A stretch of 64,000 nt of DNA from Candidatus Omnitrophota bacterium (GCA_035403965.1 DAONGE010000001.1:85008-149007); one strand, 5' to 3'; positions 37,575 through 47,939 are shown, counted from the first letter of the stretch. Notes: generated from the sequence alone by a model not told the origin. Numbers and translations: made by a program.

Positions 37575-38918
37575 GTGAATTACGTATCTAATACCGCTCA
37601 GGATAAAAAAGAAATGCTGGATGTTATCGGCATAAAATCGGGGAACATTGACGAACTGTTTAAATTTATCCCTGCGGCGCTCAGAACAAAATCTTTCAAT
37701 ATCCCTTCCGGCAGATCCGAATTCGAGGTGGAAAAATATCTGCGTTCGCTCGGGGAAAAGAATGTGACTGATCTCATCTATTTTGTAGGCGGAGGTTTTT
37801 ATGATCATTATATCCCTTCGGCGGTAGATGCTTTAGTTTCGCGTTCGGAATTTTATACCGCATACACACCGTATCAGCCGGAGGCTTCGCAGGGAACATT
37901 ACAGGCCATATATGAGTACCAGAGTTGCATATCGCGGCTTACAGGGATGGATGTCGCGAATGCGTCTTTGTATGACGGCGGAACCGCTCTTTATGAGGCT
38001 GCGATGATGGCGATACGTATAACGGGCCGGAGAAAAATAATTATGGACGGTGGAGTAAGCCCGATATACCGGAAAATGATGTATTGTTACACAAGTAATC
38101 TGTCGATAGATTTTGTAGAGATACCAGTAAGCCACGGACAGAGTAATCGTAAAGAGATAGAAAAATATATTGATGAAGATACGGCCGCGGTTATAACGCA
38201 AAATCCGAACTTTTTCGGCGCCGTGGATGATTTTTCGGATATTACGGCGATGTGCCACAAAAAGGGTGTGCTTGTTATCGGCAGTGTCTATCCGATAGCG
38301 CTTGGTATTTTGAAAAGTCCGAGGGAGATGGGAATAGATATAGTAACCGGAGAAGGACAAAGTCTCGGTATCCCGCTTTCTTTTGGGGGCCCATATCTGG
38401 GTTTTATGGCTACGACAAAAGAACATGTAAGGAAAATGCCGGGAAGGATAGTTGGCGCTACCGTGGATAACAAAGGCCGCCGGGCTTTTGTTCTTACGTT
38501 ACAGGCCAGAGAACAGCATATCAGGCGAGAAAAGGCGACATCGAATATTTGTTCAAATCAGGCGTTATGCGCGCTTCGCGCTCTTATCTATATGTCGCTG
38601 ATCGGGGACGAAGGGCTTATCGATCTGGCTAAACTCTGTTACGATAAAACGGAATTCGCTAAAAATCGTTTAAGCGAAATAAAGGGAGTAGAGGTTAAGA
38701 GAAGTTCGCCAACGTTCAACGAGTTCACGGTGAAGCTTCCGAAAGATTCGAATGAGGTCATAGGAAAACTTATAGACAAAGGTATTGCTGCGGGGTTCCC
38801 GCTTGGAAGATATTATCCCGAAATGGAAGAGTATCTTCTTGTGGCCGTTACTGAGAAAAGGACGAAACATGAGATCATCATGTTTGCCGATGCTTTGGAG
38901 GACGCGTTATGGAGTTGA
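37575..38918 (+). CDS. gcvPA: glycine dehydrogenase (decarboxylating) subunit 1
   Basis: GTG start 2 nt after the gcvH stop. N-terminal P-protein half with typical motifs (YTPYQPE). Confidence 0.88.
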   Translation: MNYVSNTAQDKKEMLDVIGIKSGNIDELFKFIPAALRTKSFNIPSGRSEFEVEKYLRSLGEKNVTDLIYFVGGGFYDHYIPSAVDALVSRSEFYTAYTPYQPEASQGTLQAIYEYQSCISRLTGMDVANASLYDGGTALYEAAMMAIRITGRRKIIMDGGVSPIYRKMMYCYTSNLSIDFVEIPVSHGQSNRKEIEKYIDEDTAAVITQNPNFFGAVDDFSDITAMCHKKGVLVIGSVYPIALGILKSPREMGIDIVTGEGQSLGIPLSFGGPYLGFMATTKEHVRKMPGRIVGATVDNKGRRAFVLTLQAREQHIRREKATSNICSNQALCALRALIYMSLIGDEGLIDLAKLCYDKTEFAKNRLSEIKGVEVKRSSPTFNEFTVKLPKDSNEVIGKLIDKGIAAGFPLGRYYPEMEEYLLVAVTEKRTKHEIIMFADALEDALWS

Positions 38919-40366
38919 TATTCGAAAGATCTAAAAAGGGGAGAAGGGCTTTCAAGCTTCCGGTAAGCGATGTCCCGGAAGCGAAACAGCTTGATAAAAA
39001 ATTTTTGAGGGATAAGTCAGCCGCACTTCCTGATCTTTCAGAACTTGATGTCGTAAGGCATTTCACAAATCTTTCGCAGCAGAATTTCGGAGTAGATTCT
39101 AATTTTTATCCGCTCGGTTCGTGTACGATGAAATATAATCCTAAATTTCTTGAAAAGATAGCTAATCTAGAATGTTTTACGTCGTTGCATCCGCTTCAGC
39201 CGCAGCTTATTAAAGGGGCTATGCTGACGCAGGGGGCACTTGAAATAATTTTCAATCTTGAATCCGTGCTTGCGGAAATAACTGGGATGGATGAGTTTAC
39301 CACTCAGCCTATGGCGGGGGCGCACGGCGAGCTTACGGGTGTTATGCTGATAGCGGCTTATCATCGCAACAAAGGGAACAGAAGAAAATATGTGCTTATC
39401 CCGGATTCGGGGCACGGGACAAATCCGGCATCTGCGGCTATAGCCGGGTATGAAGTCCTGTCAGTCAAAAGTGATCCCCGTGGTTGTGTGGACATGGAGG
39501 ATATTAAAAGGCTTATGAACGACGAAGTCGCGGCCGTTATGCTGACGTGTCCGAATACGTTGGGTATATTCGAAACCAACATAAAAGCGATAGCCGATCT
39601 CGCTCATTCGCATGGCGCGCTTATGTATTACGACGGAGCGAATCTAAACGCGATTTTAGGTAAGGCCCGTCCGGGGGATCTGGGTTTTGATGTTGTACAT
39701 ATCAATGTTCATAAATCATTCGCCACGCCTCATGGTGGCGGCGGACCCGGGGCAGGTCCGGTGGGAGTGAAAAAGGAACTTGCGCCTTTTATGCCGACGT
39801 CGCGTATCGTGAAAAGGAAAGACGGTACGTTCTTTCTTGATTATGACAGACCGCTTTCGATCGGTTATATTTCTCAGTTCTACGGGAGTTTTCTGGTTCT
39901 TCTTAAGGCATACGCGTATGTCCTGCTTTTAGGAAAAGAAGGGTTGATAGAAGCCGGAGAGAACGCGGTACTGAACGCGAATTACATAAAAAAACGGCTG
40001 GAAAAATATTACGACGTGCCGTACGCTGAGAATTGCATGCATGAATTCGTTATCTCCGCGGACAAACAGGCGCAAAAGGGCGTTCACGCGATAGATGTCG
40101 CGAAAGCCCTGATAGATAAAAAGATACATCCGCCTACGGTATATTTTCCTTTGATAGTCAAAGAAGCTATCATGGTCGAACCGACCGAGACGGAATCGAA
40201 AGAAACGCTTGATAAGTTCATCGATATAATGATAGATCTCGCTAAATTGGCCGATTCAGATCCGGCGGTATTCAAGGATTTCCCGGCGACTACCCCAGTT
40301 GGGCGAGTTGACGAGTTTAAAGCCGCCAGGGATATGGATCTTGCCTGTCTTGATCAGAATCAATAA
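38909..40366 (+). CDS. gcvPB: glycine dehydrogenase (decarboxylating) subunit 2
   Basis: C-terminal P-protein half. The PLP lysine region is NVHKSFATPHGGGGPG. Overlaps gcvPA by 10 nt. Confidence 0.88.
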   Translation: MELIFERSKKGRRAFKLPVSDVPEAKQLDKKFLRDKSAALPDLSELDVVRHFTNLSQQNFGVDSNFYPLGSCTMKYNPKFLEKIANLECFTSLHPLQPQLIKGAMLTQGALEIIFNLESVLAEITGMDEFTTQPMAGAHGELTGVMLIAAYHRNKGNRRKYVLIPDSGHGTNPASAAIAGYEVLSVKSDPRGCVDMEDIKRLMNDEVAAVMLTCPNTLGIFETNIKAIADLAHSHGALMYYDGANLNAILGKARPGDLGFDVVHINVHKSFATPHGGGGPGAGPVGVKKELAPFMPTSRIVKRKDGTFFLDYDRPLSIGYISQFYGSFLVLLKAYAYVLLLGKEGLIEAGENAVLNANYIKKRLEKYYDVPYAENCMHEFVISADKQAQKGVHAIDVAKALIDKKIHPPTVYFPLIVKEAIMVEPTETESKETLDKFIDIMIDLAKLADSDPAVFKDFPATTPVGRVDEFKAARDMDLACLDQNQ

Positions 40367-41086
40367 ATGAAGATAATCACTGCCGATATATTATCGCCGG
40401 AAGAATTGATCGCCGCGGACGAATATATTCTTACGAAGGCCGAGAGCGGGGACATGGGAGAGACTCTCAGGTTCTGGGGATCCAAAAAATATTTTGTGGT
40501 GCTCGGGCGTTCCGGGAAAGCCGGTGAAGAATGTTTTTTGGAGCGTTGTAAATCTGACGGCATCCCGGTGATAAGGCGTATATCCGGCGGGGGGACTGTT
40601 CTTCAGGGGCCGGGGTGCCTCAATTATTCGCTCATACTTTCCAATAAAAATATAAATTCGCGAGAGATCCGTTCATCTTTCGAGGCGGTACTTGGAAAAA
40701 TTATAGGCGCTTTAAAAGATAAAGGCATTGACGCGGAATTCTTTCCTGTATCAGACCTTGCGGTGTCAGGAAAGAAATTTTCAGGTAACGCTCAGGCCCG
40801 GAAAAAAGATTTTTTTCTGCAACATGGGACCTTTCTGCTCGATTTTGATATAAATAAAGCCACTCTATATCTTAAACATCCACCTAAGGAACCGATATAC
40901 AGAAAAGGTAGAGAACATGGGGCCTTTATGGATAATATCGGGTTATCCGAAAACGAAATAAAAGAAATGATCCTGTCTATCTGGCCTGTTGACGGTGAGT
41001 ATAAACTTTTCAGCCACGACCTATCCTCGATAAAAGAACTTGTTCTGATAAAATATTCTCAAGACGCGTGGAATCTGGTGTTTTGA
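40367..41086 (+). CDS. lipoate-protein ligase / octanoyltransferase-family protein (BPL_LplA_LipB domain)
   Basis: RRISGGGTVLQGPG and GKKFSGNAQARKKDFFLQHGTFLLD match the LplA/LipB catalytic domain. It starts 1 nt after the gcvPB stop, so it is co-operonic with the glycine cleavage genes. Confidence 0.7.
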   Translation: MKIITADILSPEELIAADEYILTKAESGDMGETLRFWGSKKYFVVLGRSGKAGEECFLERCKSDGIPVIRRISGGGTVLQGPGCLNYSLILSNKNINSREIRSSFEAVLGKIIGALKDKGIDAEFFPVSDLAVSGKKFSGNAQARKKDFFLQHGTFLLDFDINKATLYLKHPPKEPIYRKGREHGAFMDNIGLSENEIKEMILSIWPVDGEYKLFSHDLSSIKELVLIKYSQDAWNLVF

Positions 41087-41089
41087 GCG

Positions 41090-41560
41090 GAGAGCTTCAT
41101 TCGGAGAATTTTCTGACAATTTTGGCGCCGAGGAACAGTCCCTCCCATGATGTTTCCGGACCTGCCTGTTCGGAAGTTCTGCGCGCTTTAGAAAAATACC
41201 CTGTTATTTTTGATCTCCAGGCGTTTGATGCTTCGCTGAAGCGTAAAATAATTTTATCTTTTGCGGGTATTTTTCTTAAGTGCTCGAACATTCCGAATAG
41301 GCGGATCGACGGGAAAACGTTTTTAAGGTTTAGTATGGGGTGAATCCGTGAATGACGCGCGACATCTAAGAGATAGAAAGTATATATTTTGTAGAGATTG
41401 CTTCCTCCTGCGCCAAATTACTTCATACTATTTGGCTTCGGAGGACGTCCCCACAACGGTTGGTGCCCGATAGAAACATTCGGAATGAAATAGGGCGAGC
41501 GTCCACGGTAGAAAGAACACAAACTTCTCCGAAAAAGGAAATCGCCTAGGACAGAACGTC
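41090..41560. repeat. mosaic intergenic repeat locus 2
   Basis: cggagaattttctgacaattttggcgc (41102-41128) and gcctgttcggaagttctgcgcgcttt (41165-41190). A ~105-bp block at 41190-41295 is near-identical to 56907-57010. caaattacttcatactatttggcttcggagga (41416-41446) and agaaagaacacaaacttctc (41508-41528). ORF 41068-41343 is spurious. Confidence 0.6.
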
Positions 41561-41588
41561 TCGTTCGCAAGGTAAAGCAAAATGGGAA

Positions 41589-42053
41589 TTATTTATTTTC
41601 AGTTAGTTTAATGGTCCCCACCGCTACCGAAGACGGGATCTTTCCGGCAAGTCCGTCATTTATGATCTTTTCGGCTTTTTGGAGTGCTGTCGCGCTTGCC
41701 GAACATATGGTCATAACGGTTTTGCTGTCGCTTGAAGCGGCAAAAAAGAAACCCACTTGTGTGGTGTTGGTCTGCTTGGGATAATCCATCGATACGATAT
41801 AACCTTTTGCGAGACTTTTGCGATATATCATGATATCGTTACCTTGCAATATATTTACGATCTTGTCGAATGCGTCTTTGATGGGCATATCGAGTTCTTT
41901 TTTTATCCCTTTATCGCGTGTTTTTTCGAGATCCGACAGGCTTATTCCAAGGACGTCACTGAAACTTTCCGGATAGGAGACGCAGCCGGATAATCCAAAT
42001 GATGATATGATCAGACACATGGCCAAGGCTAACGCAGTTCCGGAACGTTTCAT
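41589..42053 (-). CDS. hypothetical lipoprotein
   Basis: Signal peptide with a lipobox (SSFGLSGC). 154 aa. No known domain. Confidence 0.5.
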   Translation of the reverse strand: MKRSGTALALAMCLIISSFGLSGCVSYPESFSDVLGISLSDLEKTRDKGIKKELDMPIKDAFDKIVNILQGNDIMIYRKSLAKGYIVSMDYPKQTNTTQVGFFFAASSDSKTVMTICSASATALQKAEKIINDGLAGKIPSSVAVGTIKLTENK

Positions 42054-42332
42054 TGCAGGATCCTTTCAATAGTTAAGATTTTTATAAATTATATCTCCTC
42101 AAAACATAAAACACAAGCGGCAAAATATGGTGGATGTGAATCAGCGCAACAATAAATGCAATTTGCATTAAAGCCCCATTTGTATTATCATATCGGATAT
42201 TTAAAGAAAGGGTTGAAAAAAACAACAACCTTTTTCTTGAATTAACAGTAGTACTGTGATAAAATGTTTCCATAATCGAGCGTATTGTTAACAAAATAGC
42301 ATCTTAAATTTGCTGCAACGAAAGGAGAAGTA

Positions 42333-45300
42333 ATGTTCTCTTCACTTAAACGGTATGTAAGCGCGATTATAATCATCGTTTTTACATCAACAAATTCTTG
42401 TTATGGTCTTGATACCTCAAGTTTACTCAATTCGCAGGATATTTCTACGGATTATCGTTTTGGCGCAAAACCTCTTACGCCCGAAGGAGAAGCGGCACAG
42501 CAGGTGACAAGTTACAGCATATCTTTCACTGCGCTCGCCGAAGAAATAGCAAAGTATTATCTGGGTGATGTGAAAGGTGTAAAAAACGCGGCTGGTCTTC
42601 GTAAAGTTCTTAGGGAGGGTTTTAATGTTGAAGAATCGGAACAGGCGATACGTTTACTTGAGGGGCAGGTATTCGATCTTAATGATATAAAAATAGAAAA
42701 CGGCATAGTTAGTATCAAATTTGAGGAAAAGTTTAAACTGAAAGAAGCGTTGATTTGTAAAACTAGCGAATTATATGCATACCCCGCAAAAGATATGACT
42801 TGGTCCACTATCGGTGAGTATTCTATCAGTATCAGAGAGTATCAGGAGAAAGGTGCTAATGGAGAAAAAGATTTTAAAGGCACATATGCTCCGTCCACAG
42901 ATCCCGAAATATTAGAGTTGATCAAACGTGGGCAAGTAGTGGAAGTTTATCCGGATAGTCAAACGGGGCATCTTAAAGCAAATCGTATAAAACTTACAAA
43001 AGATTACGCTCCTATAAGAACCCCGGCCGACATTTATCGCGGACAGGATGTGGATCTGAGACAGTTGTTTACGGAAAAAGAGATTGCCAAACTTGAGAAC
43101 TGGATAAGATCCAATTATGTAAGAGGTTCTCCCGTAAAATTCAGGGTGATAATGGGAGATATCGCGCTAGGCTGGAGGGATGACGTGGATCATTCGATCA
43201 TAGGCCATGCGGCCGTACGAGATAAGGCGATATATATAGGGAGTTTACTTTTGTCCGAGGCATTGAAAGAAGAGAATAATTCATTGTGGCACAGCATAAT
43301 AGAAGAAGACGAGCTGCGTCATTTGCGTGGTTTGGATCATGGTGACGAAAATGCATATAAGGACAGGCTGAATAAAGTAGCCGGGGTCGTAAAAGACGCG
43401 CAGTTAGTGGAGATACGTCAGGCGATGATGAATAGAGATGTGTATTTTATAAAAGGGCTTTTGGAAAAGCACATTAGCCAGAATGATACAAAGAGTCTTT
43501 TAAAAACGATATTTATCGCGAATAATTCGGCACTTAGTTTATATACCGCCCCGTTAGAAAGCCGGTATCCATTCAAGCAAGCCGTCGCGCTTTTGTCGCG
43601 TGATGAGCAGAATAAACTTTTGAATGCGCTGGAAAGCGAAGAAGCGAAAGAATACAGAAATCTTATACTTGTTGACGAGATTTTTCTTATGCTCGTCGAT
43701 AATGAATTTGAATATTTGAAAGATTGGATAAAGAACAATGCCGCTAATTTAGAAGGTCGTTCCATATGGGAAGTGTCTCCCGAAATATGGCATGAAGCGG
43801 GAGGACTCGCGAGGGTTATGCAGTATCATGGCGCTGAAATGAGGGCACTCATCAGTGAATCGAATATACGATTTAGGCAATTGGAACCGCACTATCAGAA
43901 CCGTATAGATGCTTTTGGAAACGCATCTCCGTTCGATTATAGGAAAGATATAACACATCCGATACAGTCGTTGGAGGAAGTGGATAGTTTTTATGTAAAC
44001 GTTGGAGGGCGTGAGGTTAAGGTGGTAGTAAGCCGCGGGATCAATGATCTGGGGATAGAAGTATACCTTATTAGAGATATACAGGATGATGGAACAAGTT
44101 ATTATACTCATTCGTTATACAACTATTCCGATGCTTCTCCATGGGGTAATCACGCCAATATCCCGACCTGGGAAGAGTTCTCTGTTTTTTATTCGAAAGC
44201 GGCTCTCAAGTTTATAGAAAGACAGGAGAACAAAGAAAGAAAAACAGATCTTAAATGGAAGGCCCCTGTGGTCCATTTAAACGATTCGCAGGTGGCGTTA
44301 GTCTCGGTGTATGCCAAGATAGAGTTGGATAAAGAAATAGAAAAAGCTGAAAAAGACAACTCATACATAGTTAACCCGGTTTTAGACGATATGGTCATGT
44401 GTTTTACAACCCATACATACGCGAACCGTAAAGAGTATTCTCTTGAGGGTGGGGCAAACGATTACAGCGAAGGGATAATGAGTTTTATGGATATTCCTTC
44501 CAAATATCGAGGGTTGTTTGTGAATTATAAACAGGGCGGGTATAGATATGATATGGCATCCGGTGGTTTAAGAACGGCGGATTGGCAGGGCGCGGTAGCA
44601 AGAGCGCACAGAGATGACGTCGCTATCTGGGATGAGTGGATTAATGATCCGTATAACGATATTGCCAATCAATTGAAAGCACAAGTTAATGGATATGACA
44701 TTGAAGTAAATGTTACAGCTGTTTCCAATGGGGATCATCGGGCCCTGACGGCCAGATATTTCAGGGATATATTAAATAAACTTTTCGGTAGTCAAGTCGA
44801 TGTAGAACAGCCTACAGGAGAGCAGATATTTGGTGAAAAGAGAGAAGCAAAAAAACAACTGAAACTTGCGAAAGGAACTTTTTATTCGACACATGATTTT
44901 GAAGTAGATGAAGAAGGTATGTGTACTATACTAGATCCCAATCAAATGGTAATTACATATTCCGGAAGGGGTGTTCCTGAAAAAGTCGGTATGGGTATGG
45001 ATTTTAGAGAATACATTGTTACGGGTACCGATGGAAGAGGGGCCTTTGATCATTATGCGATTGAAGAAGCGCTTAAACGCGGAGCACAAATTGTTTTGTA
45101 TGCGAATGTTCAGACAAAACATGAGTTAAGTAGGCGAATTCAGAAAGACATGATCAAATTTATCGATGATATGAGATCTATGAAATACCCCGGTCGGTGT
45201 ATTTTTGTGCCTCGTTTTAGTCAGGATGATCAACGAAAACTTTTAGCTGCTTCGGATGTTCAGGTCCAAGATTCATATCCTAAAAGCGAGGCTGCGGGTT

Positions 45301-47858
45301 TTACGGAGTGTGATATGGCTGACTGTGGTGGGATAGAGGTCTGTACATTGCGAACTGATAATAACGGTGTTGGTGAGGGGTTACTTCAGGCGCAGGGCAT
45401 GTTGATGGATCTCGGTAGACTTGGAGAATTGAGTATAGAAGAATTGGATCAATTGACAGACGAACAGATTTTGGAGTATCTTGGGGATGCTCCGGGGCGC
45501 GGTAATACGATATTACCTAAAGAGCTTAGTGCCAAGGGATATTTGCACGCATATGTGATCCTTTTAAAAATATATCAGGTAAAACAATTAAAGGCGTATC
45601 AAGCGACATCGGTGCGTTTAAGTCGTGTTCTTGACGCGCGTTTGACATCGGCTGAATATCTCAGGCAGTTCAGTTATGCCGTCAGCAGAAAAGAGACAAA
45701 GAAAAAGATAGGTGAGAAGATAAAGGAGTTGGAGGATATGCAGAGGGCAAGAAAGACGCTGTTGGCGCAGTTATTTACAAATCAAAAAGACGAACCAAGG
45801 GGGTATGCGATACGTAATATTGCGAAGGATGTTTTGTATGGACAGATAGAGTCAGCCCTGATGTTGTTTTTTACTTCGGCGTCATTCCAAGGAGCAGATG
45901 AAAATTTGAGTACCGTCGCAGAAATATTTGATAAATTGATAGAAGCGTATAAAGGCGATAAGGCTACGGGCGAGTATATTATCAGATTTTTAAAGGCTGT
46001 TATTGCGCAGAGCGTTAATATGGCCGAAGAAGACGAAAACCAGAAGAAGGTATCTCAAAATCTCCAGGTTTTGGCCGGCCAGACTTTGACCATAATTTCA
46101 TGGATGAAAGATGGCGTTCCAGAGGCTGAGAATATGCGTGTTTCAGCCGAAGAGAATAAAATGATCGCCAACGATAAATATGGAAAAGGTTTTATCAGTA
46201 TAGATACGAATGCCCTGCCGGTAGGATTGTCGCATACGCAGAAAGAAGGAAAGATAGGCCTTTTCTGGCGAGGTATCGAGAAAATAAAGAAATTAGCAGA
46301 TAATATTTGCAAGTTATTAATGATTGATGACAATATTTTTAAAAAGGCGAAAGAAAAAGTCGTTATGTATTTAATGGATCATGGCTTTATAAAAGTCCCG
46401 CACGGACTCAGAAAAGCTACTGATGACGGAGATGTCAGTACAATACATTATACTGCTTTTATTAATGACAAGTTGCCGGGTTTTGTTCAAACCACAAGTA
46501 CTGGTGCCGGGCATTTTCAGGCCGACAAATTAGATATTAAATATGTGCCCGAAGGAAAAGGGATACAAGTCTGCGTGCGATATGATATGTCCGGTAATAT
46601 CGTGGATAAGAAATGTTTTGAGGTTGAGGCCGGTGACTGGTGTGTGGCTTTGCCGGGCTACGTGGATTATTTTATAAATAAAGGAGGTCTTCGTTTCTAC
46701 GATTTTTCGATAAAGTTATCTCCTGAAATGGCAAAAAAATTTAACCCGCATATGGATTTTACGCCGGAAAACATAGCTGCTATGAAAAAGGTTGTTGAGG
46801 AACATGCTAGGGCCCCGTATTTAGGTGCTTTGATCGGTGGCCAATCATTTATTGTGAAGACAAGGCCGGAAGATGATAATAACACAGAATGGTTAAGCCT
46901 GACTGAGGAGATTCTTCCGGAGTTGGCTGCGAATTATTCGCTTGTAAAAATTTATGCCGAACAATTAACTTCGATGGAAAAATTGAACGCTTTTGTCGAA
47001 GGGTTTGCCGATGCTTATAATAAAAGTTTGGTATCCCCCAAAAAGGGACCTTCTAGCCCGTTGATCATCGAGGATGAAGCAAAAAAAATGATCGATTCGG
47101 AACAACCGGTTCCGGATAAGGGTTATATGGATAAAGTGGAAGGTGTACTGGCGTTTTTGGATGATAACGGTACTTTTATTAAAGAGCTTTTTGACGAAAA
47201 AACAGGACAGGATAAACTTATACGTGTATCTGTTGAATCGATAAGTTCGATAGGAAAGGAAAATGTAGTTGGATTTTTGCAGGCGATACAAACAGGCCGT
47301 GGATATGTAGAGCTTTTCTCGACTGAGAATCCGGGGGAGATCTCGGAAAATGTGTATAAAAATATGGGACTAGTTAAAAAGGCACTTCCGGCATCTCTTC
47401 AAGAAGGGAACAGAAGTAAATCCAATACGATCACCATTTTCCCGGTATTTAAAGGGGAGTCCTTGCCGGAGAGTTTGGTTAATGCCAGATGGGGTGTTGT
47501 CAAACCGGGCGAAACCATTATCGCGCCTGTCGGGTTTAACTATGACGCTGCGGGACTGGCGAGGAGTGTTATGCTTGGATTTCGGTTGTCGGAGATTGCC
47601 AGGAAGAATCTTGATAGTGACAGTCATTTCGTAGAATATACTTTAGCGCAGTACATGGACTTGTGCTTATCTCAAGGTGAAACGGCGGAAAATTTTGATC
47701 TGACGAAAGAAGATATCGTTAATATCGCCTTGGGGAATATTGATGTAATGGTCAGGTCTTTGAATAAATTAATAAGGTTACTTCCGATAATGCCGATCAA
47801 CGTTGAGCAGCTTCATGAGATATACGAGAGGGCCAGAGAGATTGCGATACGCGCGTAG
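42333..47858 (+). CDS. giant (1841 aa) signal-peptide protein with an embedded glycogen/starch-synthase-like GT-B glycosyltransferase domain
   Basis: N-terminus MFSSLKRYVSAIIIIVFTSTNSCYG is a signal peptide or anchor. Residues ~470-520 (VSPEIWHEAGGLARV...RQLEPHY) align by eye with the GT5 N-terminal KTGGLADV block. Residues ~975-1000 (EAAGFTECDMADCGG) align with the GT-B C-terminal E..FG....EAMA.G.P motif. The rest is of unknown function. Confidence 0.7.
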   Translation: MFSSLKRYVSAIIIIVFTSTNSCYGLDTSSLLNSQDISTDYRFGAKPLTPEGEAAQQVTSYSISFTALAEEIAKYYLGDVKGVKNAAGLRKVLREGFNVEESEQAIRLLEGQVFDLNDIKIENGIVSIKFEEKFKLKEALICKTSELYAYPAKDMTWSTIGEYSISIREYQEKGANGEKDFKGTYAPSTDPEILELIKRGQVVEVYPDSQTGHLKANRIKLTKDYAPIRTPADIYRGQDVDLRQLFTEKEIAKLENWIRSNYVRGSPVKFRVIMGDIALGWRDDVDHSIIGHAAVRDKAIYIGSLLLSEALKEENNSLWHSIIEEDELRHLRGLDHGDENAYKDRLNKVAGVVKDAQLVEIRQAMMNRDVYFIKGLLEKHISQNDTKSLLKTIFIANNSALSLYTAPLESRYPFKQAVALLSRDEQNKLLNALESEEAKEYRNLILVDEIFLMLVDNEFEYLKDWIKNNAANLEGRSIWEVSPEIWHEAGGLARVMQYHGAEMRALISESNIRFRQLEPHYQNRIDAFGNASPFDYRKDITHPIQSLEEVDSFYVNVGGREVKVVVSRGINDLGIEVYLIRDIQDDGTSYYTHSLYNYSDASPWGNHANIPTWEEFSVFYSKAALKFIERQENKERKTDLKWKAPVVHLNDSQVALVSVYAKIELDKEIEKAEKDNSYIVNPVLDDMVMCFTTHTYANRKEYSLEGGANDYSEGIMSFMDIPSKYRGLFVNYKQGGYRYDMASGGLRTADWQGAVARAHRDDVAIWDEWINDPYNDIANQLKAQVNGYDIEVNVTAVSNGDHRALTARYFRDILNKLFGSQVDVEQPTGEQIFGEKREAKKQLKLAKGTFYSTHDFEVDEEGMCTILDPNQMVITYSGRGVPEKVGMGMDFREYIVTGTDGRGAFDHYAIEEALKRGAQIVLYANVQTKHELSRRIQKDMIKFIDDMRSMKYPGRCIFVPRFSQDDQRKLLAASDVQVQDSYPKSEAAGFTECDMADCGGIEVCTLRTDNNGVGEGLLQAQGMLMDLGRLGELSIEELDQLTDEQILEYLGDAPGRGNTILPKELSAKGYLHAYVILLKIYQVKQLKAYQATSVRLSRVLDARLTSAEYLRQFSYAVSRKETKKKIGEKIKELEDMQRARKTLLAQLFTNQKDEPRGYAIRNIAKDVLYGQIESALMLFFTSASFQGADENLSTVAEIFDKLIEAYKGDKATGEYIIRFLKAVIAQSVNMAEEDENQKKVSQNLQVLAGQTLTIISWMKDGVPEAENMRVSAEENKMIANDKYGKGFISIDTNALPVGLSHTQKEGKIGLFWRGIEKIKKLADNICKLLMIDDNIFKKAKEKVVMYLMDHGFIKVPHGLRKATDDGDVSTIHYTAFINDKLPGFVQTTSTGAGHFQADKLDIKYVPEGKGIQVCVRYDMSGNIVDKKCFEVEAGDWCVALPGYVDYFINKGGLRFYDFSIKLSPEMAKKFNPHMDFTPENIAAMKKVVEEHARAPYLGALIGGQSFIVKTRPEDDNNTEWLSLTEEILPELAANYSLVKIYAEQLTSMEKLNAFVEGFADAYNKSLVSPKKGPSSPLIIEDEAKKMIDSEQPVPDKGYMDKVEGVLAFLDDNGTFIKELFDEKTGQDKLIRVSVESISSIGKENVVGFLQAIQTGRGYVELFSTENPGEISENVYKNMGLVKKALPASLQEGNRSKSNTITIFPVFKGESLPESLVNARWGVVKPGETIIAPVGFNYDAAGLARSVMLGFRLSEIARKNLDSDSHFVEYTLAQYMDLCLSQGETAENFDLTKEDIVNIALGNIDVMVRSLNKLIRLLPIMPINVEQLHEIYERAREIAIRA

Positions 47859-47890
47859 TTCACGCATACGCGAAAAATATATGTATCGAA

Positions 47891-47935
47891 GGGGCGGAGG
47901 ACATCAAAAGATGTGCGCCGCCCCTTTTGTTTGGT
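47891..47935. terminator. bidirectional rho-independent terminator
   Basis: Stem GGGGCGG...CCGCCCC with a 20-nt loop, followed by TTTTGTTTGGTGTTTTT. It lies between the giant gene (+) and the EF-hand gene (-). Confidence 0.5.
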
Positions 47936-47939
47936 GTTT

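Noticed and set aside
36074-41086. Split glycine dehydrogenase (gcvPA/gcvPB) with lplA as something unusual
   Set aside because: A two-subunit P-protein with a co-operonic lipoate ligase is a common arrangement in many bacterial lineages. Standard housekeeping operon.
41068-41343. ORF 41068-41343 (+) and ORF 56819-57211 (+), which share the peptide ...VLRALEKYPVIFDLQAFDASLKRKI.LSFAGIFLKCSN
   Set aside because: The shared protein segment is a by-product of the near-identical 100-nt non-coding repeat block. The flanking parts of the two ORFs are unrelated and lack start signals.
42082-42294. 70-aa minus-strand ORF upstream of the giant gene
   Set aside because: It sits in an AT-rich promoter-like region, has no ribosome-binding site and gives a hydrophobic low-complexity product. 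Probably non-coding.
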